Source: Escherichia phage vB_EcoS-12210I. Taken from it: a DNA stretch of 44,219 nucleotides. The position numbers and the translations under genes are program-made. The notes beneath the pieces were generated by a model. The model did not search any database, was not told the origin of the DNA, and saw only the letters and a program-made list of their open reading frames with translations. The stretch lies in sequence record NC_049813.1. One strand, given 5' to 3'. Shown in pieces: positions 34,791-44,062 of this stretch. Position 1 is the stretch's first letter. The number at the start of each line of letters is the position of its first letter.

Positions 34791-35919
34791 AACTAAACAT
34801 TTCGGGACGGCAAGTGAATCGACCAATCTCTCCGAATTTAGGGCTGTAGATGATTACCGACGCCTGGCGATAAGAGCGATAACCACCGTTGGCACTGTAC
34901 GCATCCTTGCAACCAAGCTGACCATGAGACTCATCGATACCTAAGTTACCCTCTGTAATCGTTTGATGGTGGTAATGGCCACTATGAGTGTAAACATACT
35001 CAGACTCACCAAAAGCCTTACGATGGTCACGAGCCAGTGTTGATAGTCTGGTATCAGGCTTTTTGAGTTCATGTCCATGACAGTAACCAAGCAGCGTCTT
35101 TCCAAACTGCGTTACGTGAAGCGCTGCAGGAGATGCGTCAACATTAACTCGAGGCTCATCCATATAGAACGCCGCCATTGCAGCACGAAGCCAAATCATA
35201 CCTGAGAGGTCGTGGTTTCCAGGGATAATCTGAACCTCAATCTCAGCGTGCTTATCAAGCATCCGGCTAATTGCTCTGCGGGTTGCTCGTACTGCTACGT
35301 AAACCAATTTGTGATAACGGCTATCTTGGTCAAGAATATGACGACTCGTTGGAGTTACCGCTTCCATTCCGTCAGAGTGAAGGAAGTCACCACCAATCAG
35401 CAATACAGCCTTCTTTGAGTTAGGAGCCTTTGCAACCGCGTAATCAAAGTAGCTATTAAGAATGCGCTCTGCAATTTCAGTGCTGTAGTTCTCACCACAC
35501 TCGGCATGGTGAGCCATTGCGCCAATGTGTAAGTCGAATACGGGGTACAGGCTTAAGGTATCCTCAAATGATGACTTACTGAGCGGCTTTGGTTTCTCGC
35601 GTGGCAACTCATCAGTTAGGGCCTGAATTGCCTGAAGCATCATTTCTTCTTGCTTCTCTTTGTCGATGTCAGATTTAACCCACTGTTGCTTAATCTCACC
35701 GTCGGCACCAATTAAGCTAGACACACCTTTGACAGCGTAACCTTGAGGAATTAGGTTGCTAACATCACGGCCATGCCCCTCACCTTGCTTAGCTAATTTA
35801 CTACGACGCAATTCAACGTTGCGAATGTTCATTCCGTACTTCTCTGCGATTGCCTTGTTTGTCATGCCATTAGCCAGCTCTTCGCGCAGTTCTTCGTTGG
35901 TAATTTTTGCAGTTGCCAT
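34789..35919 (-). CDS. Calcineurin-like metallophosphoesterase with N-terminal HTH domain
   Basis: Motifs DLH, GDFLHSDG, GNHD, GHxH; N-terminal HTH-like MTNKAIAEKYGMNIRNV. Confidence 0.65.
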   Translation of the reverse strand: MATAKITNEELREELANGMTNKAIAEKYGMNIRNVELRRSKLAKQGEGHGRDVSNLIPQGYAVKGVSSLIGADGEIKQQWVKSDIDKEKQEEMMLQAIQALTDELPREKPKPLSKSSFEDTLSLYPVFDLHIGAMAHHAECGENYSTEIAERILNSYFDYAVAKAPNSKKAVLLIGGDFLHSDGMEAVTPTSRHILDQDSRYHKLVYVAVRATRRAISRMLDKHAEIEVQIIPGNHDLSGMIWLRAAMAAFYMDEPRVNVDASPAALHVTQFGKTLLGYCHGHELKKPDTRLSTLARDHRKAFGESEYVYTHSGHYHHQTITEGNLGIDESHGQLGCKDAYSANGGYRSYRQASVIIYSPKFGEIGRFTCRPEMFS

Positions 35920-35930
35920 TTATAAGTTCC

Positions 35931-36005
35931 TTAATTCATTACGATAAAGTATAAGATAGTAAAGCTAAATAGTGGGACTAATGCTACTAGTATTAGGATC
36001 TTCAT
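35931..36005 (-). CDS. Small hydrophobic peptide, 24 aa
   Basis: ATGA overlap with upstream stop; MKILILVALVPLFSFTILYFIVMN. Confidence 0.3.
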   Translation of the reverse strand: MKILILVALVPLFSFTILYFIVMN

Positions 36006-36253
36006 TCAACTTCTTTCAACCAGTAGTCAATCAAATCAGCACTAATTGTTAACTTATGACCAAGGTCAGTCATGCAAAGGTTTCCGCATGCCGGAGAGTA
36101 GTAAATCTGCACCCACTTTCCTTCTTTAGTTTTTGCGTTCACATCCACATAATCTGGAGGAAACCAGTCAGAAATAGGTATCGCTCTAAACTTTGCACCG
36201 CTTTGCCCATGCACTAAATCGTAATGCCCTGGCTGAAAATCTAAACCTAACAT
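36002..36253 (-). CDS. Hypothetical protein, 83 aa
   Basis: ORF. Confidence 0.45.
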   Translation of the reverse strand: MLGLDFQPGHYDLVHGQSGAKFRAIPISDWFPPDYVDVNAKTKEGKWVQIYYSPACGNLCMTDLGHKLTISADLIDYWLKEVE

Positions 36254-36255
36254 AC

Positions 36256-36504
36256 TTAATCCTTATGCTTCGTTATCTTAAACTTTAATCCCTCAGATTT
36301 AAGGAACTCGTTAACATCAATTCTAACACCTGGCTTAACTCTTGCGTATTTTCTTGGGCGTTCATCCATGTAAGAAAATTTACCATTAAAGACAACGCTA
36401 ATATCTTTTATGTCAAAGAAGCGGGATATCTGCTTAATGTCATCCTGCAACCCCGCCTCCCCACAATGCGCCCATACTGCGGCGCGTCCGGTTTCAACTA
36501 TCAC
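36256..36504 (-). CDS. Hypothetical protein, 82 aa (GTG start)
   Basis: ORF with GTGA coupling. Confidence 0.4.
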   Translation of the reverse strand: MIVETGRAAVWAHCGEAGLQDDIKQISRFFDIKDISVVFNGKFSYMDERPRKYARVKPGVRIDVNEFLKSEGLKFKITKHKD

Positions 36505-36626
36505 AAGCCGTATGCCATTTTTATGTACTCTTTAGCACACATCCAGCAATATTCTGAGCCGGTTTTAACTGCGTCTTTTGCATAAGTCTGTGAAATTTCG
36601 AACATCTCTTTGTCTACAATTTTCAT
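36501..36626 (-). CDS. Hypothetical small protein, 41 aa
   Basis: TAATG overlap with upstream gene. Confidence 0.3.
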   Translation of the reverse strand: MKIVDKEMFEISQTYAKDAVKTGSEYCWMCAKEYIKMAYGL

Positions 36627-36847
36627 TATTCAAAATCCTCCGGGCAATCTTTTTTCATTTCCGCAATGTCTGCAACAATACGGTCACGCCATGTTTCGAT
36701 ATCTGTGTTCAGGTAATCTTCTTCAAAACTCATGTCCAGGCAAAATGCTAAGCCCCAAGGGTTTTTGTTATATCCAGATTTATTTAGCTCCTGAACTGCC
36801 ATTAACTTAAATACTTCCCATTGGTGCTCAAATGTAAAAATTGCCAT
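36626..36847 (-). CDS. Small acidic protein, 73 aa
   Basis: About 16 Asp/Glu versus 7 Lys/Arg. Confidence 0.45.
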   Translation of the reverse strand: MAIFTFEHQWEVFKLMAVQELNKSGYNKNPWGLAFCLDMSFEEDYLNTDIETWRDRIVADIAEMKKDCPEDFE

Positions 36848-37041
36848 TATTCCGATACCTCATCAAATTTTTCGCCAAATGCGTTTTTAACAGTTTCTAA
36901 ATCATCTTTGTATGTCGGGCTAACTTCGAATGCGTAACCATCTCCATCATCAAGAACATAACCGTCAGCTGTAATTACTAATTCATATTCGTAACCAGTC
37001 TTGCGTGATTCGTACATTTTGCCAGTGTAGATAGTAGCCAT
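36847..37041 (-). CDS. Small acidic protein, about 64 aa (starts MATIYTG)
   Basis: Start placed after promoter module o and RBS AGAGAGAGAAA. Confidence 0.45.
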   Translation of the reverse strand: MATIYTGKMYESRKTGYEYELVITADGYVLDDGDGYAFEVSPTYKDDLETVKNAFGEKFDEVSE

Positions 37042-37077
37042 TTTGTTTCTCTCTCTTCGTTTCGTTTCGATGAGGTG

Positions 37078-37123
37078 ATAATACACCACCCCACCGATTC
37101 ATCTTTAGCAATTAGTGCTATTT
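37078..37123 (-). promoter_or_regulatory. Promoter-like module copy o: element 37104-37123, TATTAT 37078-37083
   Basis: Element and hexamer with 20-bp spacer; start region CATCGAAACGAAACGA. Confidence 0.6.
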
Positions 37124-37537
37124 TGAAATCATTTCTCTAAATGCAGCAAGAAAACCCTCGCGACCGTACGCCACGGCAGCGAAGCCGCCTGACTCTCTTA
37201 CGCTTTTAAGGAAGGACTTCTGCTCGTTACTGACTGGACTAGCCTGGGTTTTTCCTGCCCTCTTTAGCTCTATGGCTCCGAAAGGGTACTTTCCTCTGAT
37301 AGATTCGGGAATAAGAAACATACAGTCTGATACGCCTTTGAGAAGCCCTTTAGCCTGGTCCTTTCTTGCTTGACCAATGGTTTTTTTGCCCTCATTCACG
37401 CAGTGGAAAAATACCATCTCTGGATAGTTATACTTAACCCAATCAGAGCAAAAGATTTGTTCGTCATCCTCTTTCGGACACGACTTAACCGGTCCAGAGT
37501 AAAACTCAATGTAATCAAATTTGTCTGTAATGTTCAT
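37118..37537 (-). CDS. VRR-NUC family nuclease (putative)
   Basis: PD-(D/E)xK-like GVSDCMFLI...GAIELKRAG. Confidence 0.5.
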   Translation of the reverse strand: MNITDKFDYIEFYSGPVKSCPKEDDEQIFCSDWVKYNYPEMVFFHCVNEGKKTIGQARKDQAKGLLKGVSDCMFLIPESIRGKYPFGAIELKRAGKTQASPVSNEQKSFLKSVRESGGFAAVAYGREGFLAAFREMISK

Positions 37538-39528
37538 AACAATTCTCCAAAATTCTTAAAAGCTATTATATCCTTTCCTTTGCCATTCTTGCGGTGTGTC
37601 ACCTGGACTGGCGCACGAAACTTATCTGCGTTAGTCATAATCATTCTTGCATTCTTCAGTCTGCCAATTCGTGCTGCTTCAGCGCGATTTTCAATGTGAG
37701 CAAGGCAAAAGTTTTTCCAAAGCACACTACAAACCCTATGGTCAGATTCTGGATTGAAGAACTCCCAAGCGTTAAATCTTTCTCCGTTGTGGGCCATGAT
37801 ATTGTACTTAACTACAATGCCCGTTTGATTCTTGCTTAAACCAACTTGAAAATCATAAACCCGCAAATAGTCTCCGCGACGATACATCTTTCCAGTCAGG
37901 TTAGCGTTTGGGTCTTTAAGCATTTCTCCGCATTCACGACAAACTTTTGCTGCTATGTCATTTTTAGTTCCACAACCTTTCTTGATTACCGCCTTTGTTT
38001 GTTGGTCGGTAATATCATCACATGTTGTGAACTGGAAAAAGTGATCGCATCTAACGCCATTAATCTTATTGCTACAGCGTCTAGCAAATGGCGAGTTCTC
38101 ATATCCACATTGCGGACACTGGCGAACCTCATCACCACCTTTTCTTGAGGATTTAAACTTCTCAGCCTGAATCTCCTCAATTATTGGGTCAAAGTAAAGC
38201 TCTGCCATGTCATCAAGCGCTCCGGCAAAGTCTAATACCAAGTGGTCCTCCTTCTTGAACCCAGCATCTATGTGCGCCTTTTTTAGTTTTCGCATGCCAC
38301 GACCAAGAAGCTGAATCATTAAGGTTAGACTGCCAATCTTGCGTAGTATGACGCTAGTATCCCACAGCGGTTGGTTTACGCCCGTGGTTAGACATCCAAT
38401 CTGAAAGATAATCTTGTACTTTCCAGTCTGGCAATCTGCAAGAATCTCTCTGCGCCTCCTCTCTCCGGTAGAATCGGTGATAATGGCGTAAGGGTATCCA
38501 TCCGGCAATGCCGCAGCAGCCTCATCACAATGGAGTTTTCCAGCGCAGGTGACCAATGCGGCGTTGCGAGTCTCCAGTATTTTGACGACAAACTGCATTA
38601 TCTTTTGTGTCATGGTTTGGTTGTCGTGAATCTTTGCGGCCATTGCATCCATTTCTTTTCTGCTAAAGTCTTTCACGCCATCACTACCGTCTGGAACAAA
38701 CTCGCTAAGGTCATAACCCAAATCGCCAACCTCGCCATAAACAGTAGGAACCACGAATCCCAAATCAACAAGGTAATTTGTTGGAACCTGAATCACAGTT
38801 TTTCGCCAGAACCCACGGATATTTGGATTGCTAACGACGATATGATCATTGTTTCGATAAGGGCTACCAGTAAGGCCGAATATACGAAGCTCCCGCCCGT
38901 ATTTTTCACGGCAGCGACGCTTCATCTCAGTGATTATTAGCGTGTACTGCGCACGACCAGTACCAAGCAATCCAGTATTAACGCCATCCTTAAAAACCAT
39001 CTCGCCTTTCTTTGTGCTCATTTGCTCAAATGTTTCTTCATTCTCTTCGGCTTCCACGATATCCATGTGATCGACCATGTGACACTCATCGATTGCGATA
39101 ACAGCCGGAACATAGTCACCAAGCCCCTTAAATAAGCCGTTAGCTGCCGTGCCCTCACTGGCAACTATGGTTGGGTAATAAACTGATTTAACGTTAAGCC
39201 CGGCGCAATAGACGCTATTACGGATGCCAAGATTGCGAAGCTCTTCTGAGTTCTGGCTGATTATCTCTGACTGGCGAGAAAGCACCATATAAGGAAGACC
39301 AAGCTGCTCCATACGCTTACCAATCATAGCGAGAATGATTGTCTTACCAGCCGATACGGAAAGGTCTGCGATAAATGGCGCCTCATACTTGCCAATAGCC
39401 TTCCCAATTGCGTCAAATGTAACGCACTGGAATTCGTAAGGGGTTATCTCGCCAAACTGGTAATCTTTCTGAATCTGCTTGATTCTTTCTTTATCGAAGT
39501 TTGCAACCAGCTTCTCGATAGGCAACAT
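37534..39528 (-). CDS. DExH-box ATP-dependent helicase with C-terminal zinc-ribbon motifs
   Basis: Walker A SAGKT, DECH box, several CxxC pairs near the C-terminus. Confidence 0.7.
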   Translation of the reverse strand: MLPIEKLVANFDKERIKQIQKDYQFGEITPYEFQCVTFDAIGKAIGKYEAPFIADLSVSAGKTIILAMIGKRMEQLGLPYMVLSRQSEIISQNSEELRNLGIRNSVYCAGLNVKSVYYPTIVASEGTAANGLFKGLGDYVPAVIAIDECHMVDHMDIVEAEENEETFEQMSTKKGEMVFKDGVNTGLLGTGRAQYTLIITEMKRRCREKYGRELRIFGLTGSPYRNNDHIVVSNPNIRGFWRKTVIQVPTNYLVDLGFVVPTVYGEVGDLGYDLSEFVPDGSDGVKDFSRKEMDAMAAKIHDNQTMTQKIMQFVVKILETRNAALVTCAGKLHCDEAAAALPDGYPYAIITDSTGERRRREILADCQTGKYKIIFQIGCLTTGVNQPLWDTSVILRKIGSLTLMIQLLGRGMRKLKKAHIDAGFKKEDHLVLDFAGALDDMAELYFDPIIEEIQAEKFKSSRKGGDEVRQCPQCGYENSPFARRCSNKINGVRCDHFFQFTTCDDITDQQTKAVIKKGCGTKNDIAAKVCRECGEMLKDPNANLTGKMYRRGDYLRVYDFQVGLSKNQTGIVVKYNIMAHNGERFNAWEFFNPESDHRVCSVLWKNFCLAHIENRAEAARIGRLKNARMIMTNADKFRAPVQVTHRKNGKGKDIIAFKNFGELL

Positions 39529-39629
39529 ATCTAAATTCCTATAAAAATTGTCTTGTAGCGTTTAATTGAGTACAATAATACCATCAAATCAGTATGACTT
39601 TTAACAAAAAATGCTATTGAGGTAATGAA

Positions 39630-40103
39630 ATGAATGCAGTAGACAAGCGAACCATTAACGGCAATAACGGAACCATCCGCACTGAAGATAAAAAGCAGCG
39701 AAAACGACCTTCAGGTTACTACGTTTTAAAAGATGAAGTAAGAGCGGGTTTACGTGCGCGGCTGGAAATTGTTCTTGATTTCTTCGGCACAAAGGCAAAT
39801 ATGGCAAAGCAATTAAAGGTAACACCACAGGCTGTAGAAGAATGGTTTAAGCGCGGCATGATGTCGGCGCGTGGTGCTCAGCTTTCGCACAACTACTATA
39901 AGCGAAATGGAGAAGGTTTTCGCGCAACATTCTGCCGACCAGACTTGCAATTCGACGGCAACGGCAAGCCGCTGACACTTCGGTGCAAAAAACGCCACAT
40001 GCTTCGCGTGGTTACCGAGGCTGAATTAGCCACCAAGCCAGAGTGTCGGTCCTGGCGCAAAATTAAGGCCGCTAACGAAGCAGCACGGAAAGCTAAAGAG
40101 TAA
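39630..40103 (+). CDS. Putative HTH DNA-binding protein, 157 aa
   Basis: GAGG RBS; HTH-like KANMAKQLKVTPQAVEEWFKRG. Confidence 0.45.
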   Translation: MNAVDKRTINGNNGTIRTEDKKQRKRPSGYYVLKDEVRAGLRARLEIVLDFFGTKANMAKQLKVTPQAVEEWFKRGMMSARGAQLSHNYYKRNGEGFRATFCRPDLQFDGNGKPLTLRCKKRHMLRVVTEAELATKPECRSWRKIKAANEAARKAKE

Positions 40104-40106
40104 GGG

Positions 40107-40152
40107 AAATAGCACTAATTGATAAACAGTGGCGCTATGCATTGTGTATAGT
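40107..40152 (+). promoter_or_regulatory. Promoter-like module copy p: element 40107-40126, TATAGT 40147-40152
   Basis: Element and hexamer with 20-bp spacer. Confidence 0.55.
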
Positions 40153-40178
40153 GCCTTTATTGTTTATGGAGGGTGTAT

Positions 40179-41105
40179 ATGAATTATCATGACAAAAATG
40201 AAGTGATAGCTAAAATGAAAGGGATGTGGGGTGAGTTCTACTTGTCTCATTTGGGATGGACCAGAGAAAATCTTAGCAAGAAGCATGGGCCATGCCCGAA
40301 TTGTGGAGGTCGTGATAGGTTTAGATTCACTGATGAGTTAGGTCAAGAAAAGGGAAATGGAGCAGCAATATGCAACCAGTGCGGCAATGATTCTGGTGTT
40401 GGTTGGGTCATGAAGTGTTCCGGAATGAGTTATAGTGAAACAATAGATACGCTTGGTGATTGGCTAAATCTCGTTCCAGTAGAGGTTATATCAAAAGCAA
40501 ACAAAAGAGCATCTCGTACATCACCATACAAAATGGGCGCTCAGATTGACCATGAAAGATGCTTAGAGATAATGGAAAGGACGGAGAGGGTAGAATCAAC
40601 TCCACTCAGCATATATGAGGGTATCTATAGCGAGTTTGGCTTTGATGTTGGCAGAACAAAATCAGGCGAAATAATACACGCAATACCGTGTTTTATGGCT
40701 TATAGTGACGGCATATCGGAAGAAATGTGCAATGTAATGTTTATAAATGAAGATGGAGATGTTAGTTATGCTGCAAAAGATTACACTCGCCAATCTGTCG
40801 CTGTTATTGGTGCCTTTAAAAGTGATGAGTACGCTTATCTTGTGGATAATTGGATTGATGGTATTCGTGTTCATCTTGCTACTGGTAACCGCTGTGTACT
40901 TGTTTGCCACTCTAGCTACAATATGGAGATGGTTGCTTATGCGCTTAGGAACCACAAGCTGAGAGTGGCTTGTACTCGCCACGATTTTGATTTACTCGCC
41001 GTTGCTGATGATCGCAATCTTGATGTTGTAATGCCAAATGATGATAATTTTTTCAAGTCAGGAATAAGAAAGCGCATATACAAGGCAAGCGAATTACTAG
41101 ACTAA
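40179..41105 (+). CDS. DNA primase (zinc-ribbon type)
   Basis: GGAGGG RBS; CPNCGG...C..C zinc-binding motif near the N-terminus. Confidence 0.65.
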   Translation: MNYHDKNEVIAKMKGMWGEFYLSHLGWTRENLSKKHGPCPNCGGRDRFRFTDELGQEKGNGAAICNQCGNDSGVGWVMKCSGMSYSETIDTLGDWLNLVPVEVISKANKRASRTSPYKMGAQIDHERCLEIMERTERVESTPLSIYEGIYSEFGFDVGRTKSGEIIHAIPCFMAYSDGISEEMCNVMFINEDGDVSYAAKDYTRQSVAVIGAFKSDEYAYLVDNWIDGIRVHLATGNRCVLVCHSSYNMEMVAYALRNHKLRVACTRHDFDLLAVADDRNLDVVMPNDDNFFKSGIRKRIYKASELLD

Positions 41106-41127
41106 CCTCCTTCGGGAGGTTTTTTTA
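41105..41127 (+). terminator. Rho-independent terminator after primase
   Basis: ACCTCC-TTCG-GGAGGT followed by T7. Confidence 0.75.
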
Positions 41128-41138
41128 TGCCTGAAAGA

Positions 41139-41172
41139 TGATACAATCCAACTTATCAATTAGTGCTATTTT
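41139..41172 (+). promoter_or_regulatory. Candidate tail-fibre promoter (TGATACAAT extended -10 at 41139-41147) overlapped at +1 by an inverted copy of the 20-bp element (41153-41172)
   Basis: Element copy q is in the opposite orientation to all other plus-gene copies and lies downstream of the -10. Confidence 0.4.
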
Positions 41173-41192
41173 ACAAATGGAGACTTTACACA

Positions 41193-43562
41193 ATGGCAAT
41201 TTATGACTTAGGAACCGCCTCGCTGGCCGCAAATGGCAAGGTAACTGGCGCGGGGACAACATGGAAAGCACCTCTTACACTGATCAGGGTTGGTGCCACT
41301 ATCATTTTTAAAACTAACCCACTAAAAATTTACACCATCTCTGAAATCATCAGTGATACGCAGATTAATGTTTACAATCCTAATTCTGAAACAGTTCCGG
41401 CTGGTACGGGTTATGCGATTCTTGCGCACGATGGTATTACGGTTCAGGGTTTGGCTCAGGATGTTGCGGAGACTTTGCGATACTATCAGTCAAAGGAGAC
41501 TTCTATTGAAAGTTTACTGCAATTTATCGGGCAAGATACTTTCGATTGGCCTCGCTTCGAGCAATTAGCCAACCAGTCAGTAACAGGCGCCTCCGAGGCT
41601 TTAGCTAGCCAGATTGCCGCAGCAGAGAGCGCCGCCACTGCTGTTAGTGCAAGAGACATAACTACAGCCGCAAGAGATGCAACTATCGCAGCCATTGATA
41701 GCGCTGGAGACGCGGGGGCTATGGTTGCTCTCGCAGGAATGGGAATTAGCGGAACAACGCCACTTCTAACATCGCTTGACTGGGATACGTTTAATTTCAA
41801 TTCTGGCTCTCGTTACCTGTGCCGGGTATCATCGATGACCAACACCCCGGAGGTGATAACATCAACCTTCGCAGCTGCGACAGTCTGCATAATTGAAGTT
41901 AAATCAAACCGAGGGATCAATGGTCAGAAAAACTTCCAGATTTCAGCAAACACGTCATCTGATAACATATACAGAGTCATTGACCTAAACCAGACTGTAG
42001 CGGGCGGTGTGCGCTCCTATTCATCCAGAGAGGCTCTGTATGTTGCTTCTGGCTCTAATACTGGTGGCGCAAGTGCTAATAGAGTAAGGGGTTTGCTTGA
42101 TGTTTATTCAAAAAGTGAGACTTTTCAAAAATCATTAAACCTCTCTGACGTTTCAAATAAAGCTACAGCAAGAACCAATCTTGATGTTTACTCAAAGTCA
42201 GAAATTTACTCAAAGTCAGAAATTAACTCAAGAGAGGGTTATTCAACTAATCTTGCGGAAGTTATTTCAGGGCTATCAAGCGGTATGGCAACTATATCTA
42301 AGTCCTTGGTTATCTCCGATGGGCTTTCGGTGCCTTCATTTGCTGAAATATCAGGCGATAAAAACTTTAGGGCTGGTTTTATTGGAGTTGATTATAGAAA
42401 GAACAAGACGATAAGGAAAAGTTCAAACTCTACAGTTACATTATCAAATCAGGATTCCAACGCAGGCAGTCAGGTTGTTGACGCAGTTCTTTACCAGGAC
42501 CCAGCGTGGCCTTTTGCTTCTGTTTACCCGCAGAAGACAACAATAAAAAATCTAACAATTGAGGGTAACTCGGCTGCAAGCAAGAATCAGGCAGCGATTT
42601 ACATCCTACAAGCAGGCGTTGCTGAAATTGATGGCGTAGATACTATTAACTGTAAGTATTCAGTGTGGTCAAAGGATATTTTTCAGACGCGCATTAACCG
42701 CGTTTTCTCTAACGACGGAAAGATAAGGCTGGATAACGGAACATCGGTTGTTATTTCTAACTGCGGGCTTGCATCATCAGACACTGAGAGAACTGGAGCC
42801 TTTGACCTTACCGGAATGAAGTACTCAACAATGATTAGCTGCACTTCAGACCACACGACAAATACCGCTTATTCACTCAATGCGTGTGAGGGGTTGAGCA
42901 TGATTTCATGTGGGTGTGAAGCATCAGGAACAACTACAGCAAATTCAGGAACGGCGATTGCATTTAGGGATAACAACAAGAATATCTTTGTTAGTGGATT
43001 CTCATGCTTACCTGTACCAGATCAAGGGCCTGCATTGGTTAGCTTCGGATCTAACAATGATATCAACCTTACTAACTTTGAAGTCATACCAGGAATAAAC
43101 TACTCATCTGACTTCTATATTGCTGGTCCTGGAAACAACATCGTTATTAATGGCGGTCGTTTTGGGAGATCTGGCAGCTTAATGCCTGTTGTGACAGCTA
43201 GTGGAAGCGCAATTGGATCAAGGATTACATACAACGCATCAAACGGCGTAACGTATGATTACGTAGTTTCCGCGGCTGGAGTTGTAAATCCAGTACCAAG
43301 AAAAAGCGCAATAACTTCTATTCTCGTAAACGCTGAAGGTAATGTAATTAGAGGCTCGGGGGCTTCATGTGAGAGAGAGGCTGACGGAACGTACCTTGTA
43401 ACTCTTGATTATTCAAATGGAATTACGGGCGCATCAGTTGATTTGTATGGTTACATTGGTTTATCTTCATTTGTGTTTGTTGATAACAACAAGATTAGGG
43501 TTAGCGTAACAAATACAGGAGGAGTATCTGTAAACCAAGCATTTAGTGTTATAGTTTTCTAA
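41193..43562 (+). CDS. Tail fibre protein, about 789 aa
   Basis: ATG 41193 (MAIYDLGTA); internal tandem YSKSE repeats (fibre-repeat-like); terminator downstream. Confidence 0.7.
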   Translation: MAIYDLGTASLAANGKVTGAGTTWKAPLTLIRVGATIIFKTNPLKIYTISEIISDTQINVYNPNSETVPAGTGYAILAHDGITVQGLAQDVAETLRYYQSKETSIESLLQFIGQDTFDWPRFEQLANQSVTGASEALASQIAAAESAATAVSARDITTAARDATIAAIDSAGDAGAMVALAGMGISGTTPLLTSLDWDTFNFNSGSRYLCRVSSMTNTPEVITSTFAAATVCIIEVKSNRGINGQKNFQISANTSSDNIYRVIDLNQTVAGGVRSYSSREALYVASGSNTGGASANRVRGLLDVYSKSETFQKSLNLSDVSNKATARTNLDVYSKSEIYSKSEINSREGYSTNLAEVISGLSSGMATISKSLVISDGLSVPSFAEISGDKNFRAGFIGVDYRKNKTIRKSSNSTVTLSNQDSNAGSQVVDAVLYQDPAWPFASVYPQKTTIKNLTIEGNSAASKNQAAIYILQAGVAEIDGVDTINCKYSVWSKDIFQTRINRVFSNDGKIRLDNGTSVVISNCGLASSDTERTGAFDLTGMKYSTMISCTSDHTTNTAYSLNACEGLSMISCGCEASGTTTANSGTAIAFRDNNKNIFVSGFSCLPVPDQGPALVSFGSNNDINLTNFEVIPGINYSSDFYIAGPGNNIVINGGRFGRSGSLMPVVTASGSAIGSRITYNASNGVTYDYVVSAAGVVNPVPRKSAITSILVNAEGNVIRGSGASCEREADGTYLVTLDYSNGITGASVDLYGYIGLSSFVFVDNNKIRVSVTNTGGVSVNQAFSVIVF

Positions 43563-43569
43563 CAAGAAA

Positions 43570-43592
43570 AGCCCCGAAAGGGGCTTTATCTT
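43570..43592. terminator. Bidirectional terminator between tail fibre and ssb
   Basis: AGCCCC-GAAA-GGGGCT with T-rich flank. Confidence 0.7.
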
Positions 43593-43595
43593 TTA

Positions 43596-44021
43596 TCAGA
43601 ATGGGATGTCGTCCTCGAAGTTCTGTTGCTGCTGAGGTTGCTGTTGCCGCTGAGGTTGCTGTTGCCGCTGAGGTTGATGTTGCTGTTGCTGCGGTGCTGA
43701 ATCACCACGCTGACTAAACTCAAGTCGCGGATTGTTCATGTTAATGGTTACGTAAGTCTTACCATCTTTATCCCTAACATCTACAGCCAAACTTTCAGCG
43801 CTAACACTAACAACTTTACCTTCTTGAAATGCATCATTGTACCAATCTAACATAGATTCTTTAGCGAAGAAGACGGCGCGATAGTTACTATACTGATTCT
43901 GCCCATCTTTATCCTTATATCGCTCACTCAAATCAACTGCGAACATTTTCCAGCTACCATTAGCATTCTGACCTTCCTTAGTGAATGGGGCGCGTCGAAT
44001 CTGACCAGTAATTACGTGCAT
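43596..44021 (-). CDS. ssb: Single-stranded DNA-binding protein
   Basis: C-terminal acidic tail ending DDIPF preceded by a Gln/Pro-rich linker. Confidence 0.85.
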   Translation of the reverse strand: MHVITGQIRRAPFTKEGQNANGSWKMFAVDLSERYKDKDGQNQYSNYRAVFFAKESMLDWYNDAFQEGKVVSVSAESLAVDVRDKDGKTYVTINMNNPRLEFSQRGDSAPQQQQHQPQRQQQPQRQQQPQQQQNFEDDIPF

Positions 44022-44062
44022 GTTTTTATCTCTCTATTGTTGGGGCCGAAGCATCTCTTAAA

